From Octopus bimaculoides (Eukaryota): a stretch of DNA of 33,623 bases. The position numbers and the translations under genes were made by a program. Of this stretch, positions 11,377 through 21,960 are shown piece after piece. Where the stretch lies: contig NC_069002.1 in assembly GCF_001194135.2 (NCBI RefSeq), forward strand, positions 3,023,560-3,057,182, given 5' to 3'. Every line of letters begins with the position of its first letter. Position 1 is the first letter of the stretch. The notes beneath the pieces are model-generated. The model worked only from the letters and a program-made list of their open reading frames with translations, did not search any database and had not been told where the DNA came from.

Positions 11377-11593
11377 TTATTGGTGTCAAACTTTGGCACA
11401 GAGTCAGTAATTTGTGGGGCGGGAATGAGTCGGTTGCATTGTCCCCAGGGTTTAACTCGTATCTGTTTTATGGACCCCGAAAGGATGAAAAGCAAAGTCG
11501 ACCTAGGTGGAAGCTGAGCTAAGAACATAAAGACGAACGAAATGCTTCTAAGCAACTTGCTCAGCGTGCTAAACGTTCTGCCAGCTCGCCGCC
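11377..11593 (-). mobile_element. Meta-like SINE, near full length
   Basis: The reverse complement starts ggcggcgagctggcagaacgtttagcacgc and contains aggtcgactttgcttttcatcctttcggggtccataaaac. Confidence 0.9.
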
Positions 11594-11829
11594 TTCATCA
11601 GCACCAATATCGTAATACGTTTATCTGTATCTTCAGTGTTGAGTCCATCCCTCAGTAAATGTTCCATTGTTGTTCGTAATTTTCCTCTAAAATAATGACC
11701 TTAAGTCAACCTTACGTGTACTCATGTATTCATTCCTTCACACACATCACACACACACATACATACACACTCAAACTAACACTGAATTCTAATGAATCTC
11801 ATAGCCCTATATTTTTTATTACTTTACAG

Positions 11830-11898
11830 ACTGCCCTGGACTTAAAAAATGTTGAGGTAACCATGAAAAGCAAGCACACTAGAACAATGCAATTCATG
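11830..11898 (+). CDS. Candidate exon, 69 nt (phase 0: TALDLKNVEVTMKSKHTRTMQFM; phase 1: xCPGLKKC*)
   Basis: Strong acceptor ttttttattactttacAG and donor atg|GTAAGT. Confidence 0.5.
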
Positions 11899-11953
11899 GT
11901 AAGTCAAAACTACTTTCTTTATTTTCAATCTTTTCTTGGGTCGTGAATTTTGT

Positions 11954-12150
11954 TTATTACTTCGGAGGTATTGTTTTCAGTCTTGTTTGTTTGTCCGTGG
12001 ACAAGATATCTCAAGAACCGCTGGATGAATTCGGATGAAACTTTCAGGGATGTGTGGCCTCGTGACTGGAACGAACTGGTTAGATGTTTGGATCGACCCG
12101 GTACGGGACAAGGATTTTGGAGAATTTGTTATGTTTACTTTACTTTACGT
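11954..12150 (+). mobile_element. Non-autonomous DNA element, Helentron/DINE-1-like
   Basis: The 5' signature ttattac..ggaggtattgttttcagtc..gtttgtttgtccg followed by gatatctcaagaaccgctggatgaattcggatgaaacttt resembles DINE-1/HINE-type elements (recalled, not searched). Confidence 0.45.
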
Positions 12151-12774
12151 TTACCCTGACTGCCACTGCAAAGGTCCTGAAGTGGATCCAACGGGAGAAC
12201 ACCACAAATACGGATGACAACAGGTAACCAGAACTGTGCAGTTGCTCTACTCAACACTTAAAGACACTAACCCACTTATGCATATTTGTCCAAATTATTT
12301 ATTATTATGATTATTAGTATACATACATATATATATATATATATATAACACCAACATGGTTTTAGAAGCATCGAATATNNNNNNNNNNNNNNNNNNNNNN
12401 NNNNNNNNNNNNNNNNNNNNNNNNNNNNNNNNNNNNNNNNNNNNNNNNNNNNNNNNNNNNNNNNNNNNNNNNNNNNNNNNNNNNNNNNNNNNNNNNNNNN
12501 NNNNNNNNNNNNNNNNNNNNNNNNNNNNNNNNNNNNNNNNNNNNNNNNNNNNNNNNNNNNNNNNNNNNNNNNNNNNNNNNNNNNNNNNNNNNNNNNNNNN
12601 NNNNNNNNNNNNNNNNNNNNNNNNNNNNNNNNNNNNNNNNNNNNNNNNNNNNNNNNNNNNNNNNNNNNNNNNNNNNNNNNNNNNNNNNNNNNNNNNNNNN
12701 NNNNNNNNNNNNNNNNNNNNNNNNNNNNNNNNNNNNNNNNNNNNNNNNNNNNNNNNNNNNNNNNNNNNNNNNNN

Positions 12775-12808
<34 letters not shown>

Positions 12809-13246
12809 GCATACATACATCTAAATATATATATATATACATATATATGCATATACACACACACACACATACGCACATATAACTGTGTACATGTGTGACT
12901 GTATAATCATGTGTTGTTGTGCGTATGCGCGTATGGTTGTGTATATATGCGGGGGATGTCTAAGCTACTGCAAGACTATGTAAAGTGTTAAAGTCAATGC
13001 ATTAACAAATTGATCTCAAGAGGGATGACAGCTTTTCCTATCGACAATGGAGAACGAACGGATTACACCAACTTTACTCCCGCCCACACCAACACAAATG
13101 CATACAAACAACATGTATCTATGTGTCTGCATGTACATACTTACATTCGCGCACTTTATATGTGCGTGTGTGCCTACGAGTGTGCATATATATATATGTG
13201 TGAGTTTGAGTGTCAGTGTGTCTGTGTGCGTATGTATGTATATATG

Positions 13247-13254
<8 letters not shown>

Positions 13255-13321
<67 letters not shown>

Positions 13322-13571
13322 CTATACATAGAGATGTATTCGTAGCGTATTTTATTAGAGAGAATCAATTAAAATATGCATACAGATGCGAAACGTGCAT
13401 GCGTACATGTACATATACTGTGCGTGTGTGTGTATGTGTTTGAATGTGCGTATGAGCGTGTTTGTGTGTTGAATGTGTGGGTGTGTTTGAATGTGTGTGT
13501 GTTTGTGTGAGTGTGCGTTTGTACATACATACATACATACATACATACATACATACATACATACATACATA
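13255..13571. repeat. (TG)n and (CATA)n microsatellites
   Basis: Perfect tg array at about 13260-13319 and cata array at about 13522-13571. Confidence 0.95.
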
Positions 13572-13639
13572 CAAGCATGCATAGACATAAAAAAACATTT
13601 ATTTAAGAATTTTGGAGGAAATCAAGGATTGTTGGCTAG

Positions 13640-13790
13640 AGCGTCGAAAGAAACAAAGATCTGCAGTATATTTCCGCTCTGGGTTCAAATCCTGCCAAAG
13701 CCAGACACAACATTAACTCCCTCACGGGTTGGTAATATACAGCATTAATCAAGGCCTCGCGGTAATGATAAAGACTAACCTCCTTTCCTT
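13640..13790 (+). mobile_element. Highly diverged Meta-like SINE
   Basis: B-box-like gggttcaaatcctgcc, preceded by ggcta and followed by a degenerate central domain. Confidence 0.45.
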
Positions 13791-13814
13791 AAAATTGTTG
13801 GCCATGTTTCTAAG

Positions 13815-13853
13815 TCATCATCATCATCAACATCATCATCATCATCATCATCA

Positions 13854-13916
<63 letters not shown>
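13815..13916. repeat. (CAT)n(TAT)n microsatellite
   Basis: Perfect compound array. Confidence 0.98.
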
Positions 13917-13919
<3 letters not shown>

Positions 13920-13920
13920 A

Positions 13921-14151
13921 GGCGGTGAGCTAATACAATCGTTAGCACGCCGGCCGAAATGCTTAGCGGTATTTGGTCTGCCGCTACGTTCTGAGTTCAA
14001 ATTCCGCCGAGGTCGACTTTGCTTTTCATCCTTTCGGGGTCGATTAAATAAGTATCAGTTACGCACTGGGGTCGATATAATCGACTTAATCTGTTTGTCT
14101 GTCCTTGTTTGTCCCCTCTGTGTATAACCCCTTGTGGGCAGTAAAGAAATA
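13921..14151 (+). mobile_element. Meta-like SINE, full length, with alternative tail (ccccttgtgggcagtaaagaaata)
   Basis: ggcggtgagc head, gagttcaaattccgccgaggtcgactttgcttttcatcctttcggggtcgattaaataagtatcag. Confidence 0.92.
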
Positions 14152-14315
14152 GGTATTTCGTCTACCGCTACGTCGTGAGTTCAAATTCCACCGAGGTCGA
14201 CTTTTCCTTTCATTATTTCAGGGTCGATAAATTAAGTAGCAGTTGAACACTGGGAATGATATAATTGATTCATCCCCGCCTCCCCAAGCTGCCCTTGTAG
14301 GCAAAAATTTTAAAT
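14152..14315 (+). mobile_element. 5'-truncated Meta-like SINE directly behind the previous copy
   Basis: ggtatttcgtctaccgctacgtcgtgagttcaaattccaccgaggtcgac...; ends in (aat)n. Confidence 0.85.
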
Positions 14316-14354
14316 AATAATAATAATATATATATGTATGTATGTATTTATGAA

Positions 14355-14557
14355 TATGTTTGTGTGTCTGTGTTTGTCCCCAACCACCATCGCTTGACAT
14401 CCGATGTTGGTGTGTTTACGTCCCAGTAACCTTGACCGATAGAATAAGTACTAGATTTACAAAGAATAAGTCCTGAGATCGATTTGTTCGACTAAAAGGC
14501 GGTGCTTTAGCATGGCCGCAGTGAAATGACTGAAACAAGTAAAAGAATAAAAGATTA
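14355..14557 (+). mobile_element. 3' module of CORE-like composite SINE
   Basis: gtgtttgtcccc..cgcttgacatccgatg...cgatagaataagtact...ggcggtgctttagcatggccgcagtgaaatgactgaaacaagtaaaagaataaaaga. Confidence 0.88.
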
Positions 14558-15156
14558 TAAAACGTGGTTTGTGTATCTTGCTATTGTTATCAATCATGAG
14601 AGGTTATCAATCATTCTGTTATCTCATTGAGTCGTAATTGTGTATAGTATATTTTATATATTTTAGTAATAACTTCGTTGAGCATATGCTGTGTGAGTTG
14701 TTATTTTATGAGGCGGTTATTGTATAGAACATGTATTATGTTCAGAACGTTATGTTTTTGAAGTGTCAAGTATCTTGTGTATAATGTAGGTTGTATCTAG
14801 CGACGTTAAGAAATTAATTGCTTAAAACATCATTAGTTTGGTTTATCGTTTGTTCATATCCAGTCGTTACTGGACAGATTATATATCTCCTCTTAGACAA
14901 ATCCTTTGATCAAATGGTTCGAGATGACAATTAGAGCAGAGAGGTTTTTCTCCATGACTTTGATTACGAAATCAAAATTGTTTGATTTGATCCTTGAGTC
15001 TGTCTGGGCAACCACGTCCCAGAGAGTAGTGGCCAGGCTGTTTTCATGTACCGAGTTTGGTAGATGTTTATGCGAATATATTACACAGTGAAAGCCTTAA
15101 AGTCAGTTCTTCTCCGTTTTTATAGCGTAGAATTGGCACATTTCCCAATGTACAAC

Positions 15157-15160
<4 letters not shown>

Positions 15161-15219
<59 letters not shown>
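15161..15219. repeat. (ATT)n microsatellite
   Basis: Perfect array directly before a SINE head. Confidence 0.98.
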
Positions 15220-15220
<1 letters not shown>

Positions 15221-15430
15221 GGCAGGGAGCTGGCAGAATCTTTAGCACGCCCGGTAAATGTTTCACGGTATTCGTCCGTCTTGACGTTCTGAGTTAAAAC
15301 TCGGTGAATGACTTCTCCTTTCATCAGACTGAGGTTGATAAAATAAAGTACCACTGGAGTACTGTGGTTGACTTAATCGACTAGCACCCCACCCCCACTT
15401 TAAAATTTCAAGCCTTATGCGAAACTTTAA
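15221..15430 (+). mobile_element. Meta-like SINE
   Basis: ggcagggagctggcagaatctttagcacgcc...gttctgagttaaaact...gataaaataaagtacc. Confidence 0.85.
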
Positions 15431-15444
15431 ATCTTTTTTACTAA

Positions 15445-15797
15445 TATCGTCGTCGTTGTTGTTGTTGTTGTTGTTGCTATTTTATTATTATTATTTCTAT
15501 CTTCGGCATCATCATCATCACTATTATCATTCTCACCATCATCGCCATCACGAGCATCCTCAATACAGCACCAATTACTATCGCAGTCATCATCATCATC
15601 ATCACATCATTATCATCGTCGCCGTCGTCGTCTTCGTCGCCGTCGTCGTCATCGTCGCCGTCGTCGTTGCTCTCATTATTAACAACATTTCTCTAATTCC
15701 CTCAACGCTATAATAATTACATTAGCAGAAGCAAATACATTGGGATCGGAAACACAAACGAACGAGAGATCGAACGAGTGAATGAAGAAGGAAAGAG

Positions 15798-15844
<47 letters not shown>

Positions 15845-16016
15845 AAGAAAGAAAGAGAACATGTGCACTTAAGATGCGTAGTAAGAAGTCAACAGCAAAT
15901 GAAGGAAATGAAAAAAAATAAAAGGCAAACAAACGTAGAAACGAATAGAAACAACTAAAAGGATACGGATAAATAAATAAATAAAATAAGTAAATAAATA
16001 AAATAAATAAATAAAT
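15445..16016. repeat. Cryptic trinucleotide tract plus (GAAA)n and (AAAT)n arrays
   Basis: gtt/cat/gtc/gcc tracts at 15445-15670, gaaa array at about 15797-15856, aaat array at about 15968-16016. Confidence 0.9.
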
Positions 16017-16104
16017 GGTTGCTACCATCTTGGGATCCAATTATATCAGTCTCGCAGTAAATTATCTGGAGCACAAGTAACAAACTTCATTAAAATGGAT
16101 TGTT

Positions 16105-16140
<36 letters not shown>

Positions 16141-16517
16141 CTGATATATATATATANNNNNNNNNNNNNNNNNNNNNNNNNNNNNNNNNNNNNNNNNNNN
16201 NNNNNNNNNNNNNNNNNNNNNNNNNNNNNNNNNNNNNNNNNNNNNNNNNNNNNNNNNNNNNNNNNNNNNNNNNNNNNNNNNNNNNNNNNNNNNNNNNNNN
16301 NNNNNNNNNNNNNATATATATACATACATACACACACATATATATGGATGTATACATATATATTTATGCATATAGGTGCACACACACGCACACGCACACA
16401 CACATAAGAACATATATATATGTGTGTGTGTATATATATATATATATTCATATACACAGATACATATATACACATAAACATCCATATGTATATAGAAAAA
16501 GAGGAGAGAGAGAGGAG

Positions 16518-16559
<42 letters not shown>

Positions 16560-16899
16560 AAGCAGAGACAGTTGTTTTGTAACGGTTTGGTGAGGGTTTC
16601 GTAGGGATTCTTTGGACTTGATACTTATAACACGTTGTTAGTTTGTTGTTTGTTTTTTGTTTTTTTGTGGGGTCGTTTTTAGTAGAGGAATGTGAGTGTG
16701 AGCCTTTTCATTGCTGACGAATGTTTTGTTGGGAGGTGGAGAGTGGGGGATGACGTTTTATAATTTTTGGTCTTTATATCTTTTTCGCGGAGTCTCCTTT
16801 TATTTTTTTACACAATTTTTTGCTTGTGGTTGTCATAGTCTGACACATCTCATGAGCAATTAATTCCTTCCTATTCTACCACGCACAAACATACACACA

Positions 16900-16938
<39 letters not shown>

Positions 16939-17416
16939 GCACACACACTCACACACACACACTCATGTAGTAGAGTTTATTTGGTTTCCTAAGTTGAACG
17001 ATTGCATGTTTCCCTAGTTTTCAGGCTTTTTATATATTTTCGCTTGCGTTGCGTCGCAATGATGAAGAAAAACCTATTTCGAATAAATGTTTATTTTGTA
17101 TGTGTGTTGGTGTGTGCGTGTGAATGTGTATGCATACTTGTATTTATACGCGTATATATTAACATATATATAATAAGGATCTCCTAACATGGCCATCTTA
17201 GCTGTCTTTATAACAATCACCTTGTGAATCCATTCCCTTTATTTTTAAAACGATATGGTATTATTCGAAGGATACTTGACAGCTATTTTTAGCATATGAG
17301 TCAAGCAACCACTTTCAGGTTCTTTCATAACAATATTTTAATAGGACGCTCATTAAAATTTGTGAAATCTCTTTTATTAGATATGCGTGAATTGTGCAGA
17401 TAAAATGTTTCCTATA

Positions 17417-17570
17417 TGGTTGTGTGGTTAACAAGCTCGTTTTGTGGCCTCGTAGATTTGGTTTCAGTCCTATTGCACAGACACTTGGTTAACAGTCTCC
17501 TTGTATGACTCCGGGTCAATACCATATGAGTGAATTTGGTAGATGAAAAAATTGTGTAAGCCCACCGTCG
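17417..17570 (+). mobile_element. Diverged CORE-like SINE 5' module
   Basis: tggttgtgtggttaacaagctc...gtttcagtcc...atgagtgaatttggtagatg...aagccc. Confidence 0.75.
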
Positions 17571-17577
17571 CTAACCA

Positions 17578-17690
17578 CTACACATTCTTTATTTTCTCTC
17601 CTTGTTTCTTTCTGTGTTCCTTTCTGTGGAAGAGAGTAGGCTTGAAACGTTAAAGACTTTTTCACTTCCCGAGCGTTAAACTAATACAAG
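17578..17690 (+). mobile_element. Probable Penelope-like element terminal fragment with degenerate minimal hammerhead
   Basis: cttt-ctgtggaaga-gag/tagg/ctt-GAAACGTT-aaag at 17620-17655: a palindromic acgt helix III and cttt/aaag helix I, as in Penelope minimal hammerheads. Confidence 0.5.
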
Positions 17691-18114
17691 CTGCTTAATG
17701 TATGATTCTACAAAACATATAAACTATATATTATGGCGCAAGAGAAAATTATAAGGACTGTATAAAATTATGAATGACGAGGGATGAAAAGTATGATGAA
17801 ATTTTATTCAACAATAAGAAAATTCTAATTTCACAACAAATTGTTTTGTAACTTAAAAACATATAAATAATTTATATTCTTCTGTTTAATAATAAATAAA
17901 TTACTTACATGCCTGCATTAATGCAAGATGCAAATAACCCTTCAAAAGCAGAATTCAAGTGAAAGAATATATATATATATATATATTTTACATGCGTACA
18001 CACAAGCGTTAGGCTTGTGACTGCCATGTACGAAGCACACAAAATAAAGAAAAGAAATCAGATGAAGAAAGCAGAATAGAGAAATTAAGTAAAGTTTTGT
18101 CTTGACGGCTGTTT

Positions 18115-18310
18115 CATATGCGTGTGTCTTTGTGTTTGTCCTCACACCACCGCTTGACAACCAGTATCAGGTTACTTTGCAGCTTCAACAAAGGAATTTG
18201 ATAGATTTCGATGATCGATTTGTTTAACTGATCCCTTCAATGCGATACCTCCAGCATGGCCGTAGTCCAATGATTGAATCAAGTCAAATAAGAAAAGAAA
18301 GAAAGAAAGA
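18115..18310 (+). mobile_element. 3' module of CORE-like composite SINE
   Basis: gtgtttgtcctcacaccaccgcttgacaacc...gatcgatttgtttaact...ctccagcatggccgtagtccaatgattgaatcaag, with a (gaaa)n tail. Confidence 0.8.
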
Positions 18311-19039
18311 AAGAAACCTATTCATTTTCTTGATAAAAATGATTATGCTAGCGGAACGCATATAATTTTATTTATTTATTCGTTTACTTTTTTTTATCTT
18401 TCCATTTCTTGTACATTATATTAAGTTAATGTGCTGTATTAATTTATCGAACATGTGTGATTAGCATTCACATTAATTCACATTACATTTCATGTGATTT
18501 TCATTTATTTTTATTCCTTTTGATTTATCTTGTTGTTGTTGTTGTTTCCTCTTTTTGGTTTAGTAGGGGTTGTTTATATTATTTTATTTATTCTATTTAA
18601 TTTTTTTTTTTTTTGGTCGGGAGTTGTTTTACTTTGGCAAGAGTCCCTTTCTTTTTGCTTAGTTCAAGTCTTTTAGCATTTAAAAGCTAGTTAAAGGAAA
18701 ATTACGAGTTATTATAGATATTTATGAGACTTTTTTTTCTTTTCCTTACGTAAGTTTCCATTGTGTAATATTTGTTGTTGTTTTTAAATTTTGATTGGTT
18801 TTTTCGTCATTCCTCCATCATTCCAACACCCATAATGCACCTCGCCACCCCGTTTTTCATAAGCTTTTTCTTTTGTGCATTCATTATATGAAAGCTGAAC
18901 AGAAATATTCTTTGCGGTAAAATGTTTTCTATACGTAACGCTGACGCAAGTAGGTCTTAATACGTAGACCTTTGAATATGCTCTTCGTGATAGGATTGGT
19001 ATGTTTTCTTTTGCTTTTCTTATTTGACTGTAAAAGAAC

Positions 19040-20150
19040 AAGACGGGGAGGAAGTGGGAGGATGGAATAACGAGTCAGGGGTAGACTAAAAGAAGGTGAG
19101 GCAGAGGAGAGTGGAAAAAATCAAACACAAGAAGAGGGGTGAGAGAATTGAGAAAGAGAGAGGAGGAAATATTGTTGGGGAGGGTTGAAGAGGAGGAAAA
19201 AGAGAGAGAAGGAGAGTGGATAAATGAGAAAAAAAACATTAAGGCAAAAGACGGGTCGATAGAAAAAGAGAGTGGGAGGAATATTATGAAGGGAGAGAGA
19301 GAGAGAGGATGGGGAGAGAAAGAGAACGATGGGTAAATAAGAAAATAGAGATGGAAGAAGGGACATACAGAAGGGTGATAGGGGAAGAAAGTGTCGGGTG
19401 TGAGGGGAAAAGGGGAAAGAGTGTGGAGCGGATAAATCAGGAAAAAAGGGAGAAAGAAAAGGAAAGGAAGAAGGATCGAGAGAAAGGAGAAAGTGCGGTA
19501 TTTTGGTGCGAGAAAATAAAAGTGGGATGCAGAGAGGGGTGGATTGATCAGAGAAAAAGAGAGGAAGAATGAGAAAAAAGGAGGGGAGGGGTGTGGGAAT
19601 TGGAAGAAAGGAGAAAGAGGGGTATAGAAAAATTAGAAAGAAGTAAGAGGAGAAAAAGAGAGGTGAGAGATTCGGGATAGTAGGAGAGAGGTTGAATATT
19701 GTGGCGGGAAGAGAGGGGAATAGGGTGAGAGAGATGAGGGTGGATAAATCAAAGTGAGAGAGAGGGGGACGAAAGGGAAAAGCATGGGAACTGAGAGAGA
19801 AAAGCAGAGGGATTTTCAAAAGAAGAAGAAACCGAAAGAAAGAAAGGATTATTGAGTAAAATAAAGGTGGGGGTGTGAGAAAGGAGAGAAAGAAAAAGAG
19901 CAGTTGAGACAGAGAGAGACAGAAAGAAAGAGAGGCAAGAAAGGCAGATTGAAGAAAAAAGAGGGATGTTAATCGGGTGTAACAGAACATGGAGAGACAA
20001 ACAGTGATAGAAGAACAAGAAAAGGGACCAGAAATCAAGGACGAGTAACTATGAAAATAAATAAAAAGTGAAGGGTAAACACAGGGGATAATAGCATAAG
20101 AATTTAAAAGAGAGAGGAGGAAAGGGAATCAAAGGATGAAGAAAATCCCT
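19040..20150 (+). repeat. ~1.1-kb purine-rich (G/A) low-complexity tract
   Basis: The plus strand is strongly G/A-biased with no exact periodicity. Confidence 0.9.
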
Positions 20151-20394
20151 TTGATGTATATCTATAAAGATATTTTGATTTTTTTTTTCTATATATTTTT
20201 TTAATTTCTTACCATGTAAGAAAAATATTGCTTGAAAAAAACACGTGTCAAACACTTTATGTCCTTTATATCTTGTTTTAGTTATTTATCTACTTATTTC
20301 ATATTTTTCATAAATAATCATAAATGTGACGTTTTGGTGTCAAAACTATGGAATTTATCGATTGCAGAAACGTAAAACGAATGAGGAATGGTAT

Positions 20395-20395
<1 letters not shown>

Positions 20396-20475
<80 letters not shown>
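20396..20475. repeat. (TA)n(GA)n compound microsatellite
   Basis: Perfect arrays. Confidence 0.98.
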
Positions 20476-20477
<2 letters not shown>

Positions 20478-20809
20478 CAAAGAGAAAGGGGAAAGAGAGA
20501 GAGAGTGCCTGTGGTGTGTTTCATGGGTGAGTGTGTATACATACGTATGTATGTGTATATGTATGCATGACTGTATGCATATATACATGCTTATACACCT
20601 ATATATATAATTAGATAGGTGTACATCTGCTTAAGTATGTGTATATGTATGTATGTATGAATGCATAGATAGAGACAGAGATAGAGAGTGCACACGAGAG
20701 AGAGAAATAGTTATGAATATTCGATTGGTGTTCTTCCCTGTTATTTCGGCATTTTTTCTGAACCATTACCAAGTATTATGTGCCTTTTTTCTTCATTTCA
20801 ATATACATA

Positions 20810-20866
<57 letters not shown>

Positions 20867-21499
20867 TAAATAAATGTATTCAAAGTTAACAAATTGATGC
20901 CATTGTTGTCGTGCTTCTTACCTTTCTTTTCTCCTTCTCCTCTTTTCCCTCCATCGGTTTATTCCTAACCAATCAATCAATCAGATATATGTTCGATGTT
21001 CTTCAGTCATTGATCATGTCATAGTTTCAGAAATACGCTACTCTCATCCTGTATTAAATTAGCCATTATTTTCTTCCTTCTTTATTTAAAACGTAAGGTG
21101 AGAAAGCTTTCGATTGGATTTGGCTGCGGTTTGCAGCAGATCAAGAGACGGTATATAGCTTCCTTTTGTCAGTTTGTCCGTTGACTTTTCTTTTCTATCA
21201 CTGTTTATGTCGCATTAAGTTTTACAATTGTTAATATATTTTTCATTTTTTAAGACGGTGCGTACACAGTGTTGGATATTTGGCTGATAATTCTAGCAGG
21301 GCAAATGTTGCCATATAGACTTCCGTAATGATTCGTTCTTCTTGAAGTTTACTCCTCGGTCAACGTTCTTGATCGGCGGTCCTATGATACAGTTGTAACC
21401 TTGTCGTGTTTTCTGTTCGTTTTATTGTTTATTATAACATGTCTTTTTTTGGTTTAATTCAATCATTTGCGATGTGAGTGCAATTTGATTCCCATTTTC

Positions 21500-21727
21500 A
21501 ACAGATTTGACTTCTGCCATGCTGGAGCACCGCCTTTAGTCGAAAAAATCGACCTCATGACTTATTCCTTATAAACCCAATACTTATTCTATCGGTTTCC
21601 GTCTACCAAATCCACTCACAAGGCTTTGGTCGGCCCGAGGCTATAATAGAAGACATATGCCCAAGGTACCACGCAATGGGGCTGAACCCGGAACCATGTG
21701 GTTCCGCAAGTTTCTTACCACACAGCC
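21500..21727 (-). mobile_element. CORE-like composite SINE with internal deletion
   Basis: Head ggctgtgtggtaagaaacttgcggaaccacatggttccgggttcagcccc, fused at about 21595 directly to the tail cgatagaataag...aaggcggtgctccagcatggc. Confidence 0.88.
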
Positions 21728-21760
21728 AATTCTGCATCCTGCACTTATATAATATAAACC

Positions 21761-21816
<56 letters not shown>

Positions 21817-21837
21817 GTCATGCTTCGTTGAATTTCT

Positions 21838-21960
21838 GTCTGTCTACCAGATCCATTCAAAAGGCTTTGGTCGGTCCTCGGTTGTAGTCTTACTACACTT
21901 CCCGAAAACGTCGCTCTGTGAGACCGAAGCCAAAAGCACATAGGTTCAGTCCCATGTGGT
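21838..21960 (-). mobile_element. Degraded CORE-like SINE fragment
   Basis: gtctaccagatccattcaaaaggctttggtcgg matches 21601-21635. Confidence 0.65.

Noticed and set aside
13921-14010. tRNA-like heads of SINEs as tRNA genes
   Set aside because: No complete cloverleaf; they continue into SINE body domains.
18784-19041. 85-aa minus-strand ORF in unique sequence
   Set aside because: No recognisable domain and only a weak donor; compatible with chance. A BLASTP search would settle it.
19121-20038. 305-aa F/L/S/P-rich ORF (and 202-aa ORF at 30733-31341)
   Set aside because: Pyrimidine-only strands cannot form many stop codons; these are compositional artefacts.
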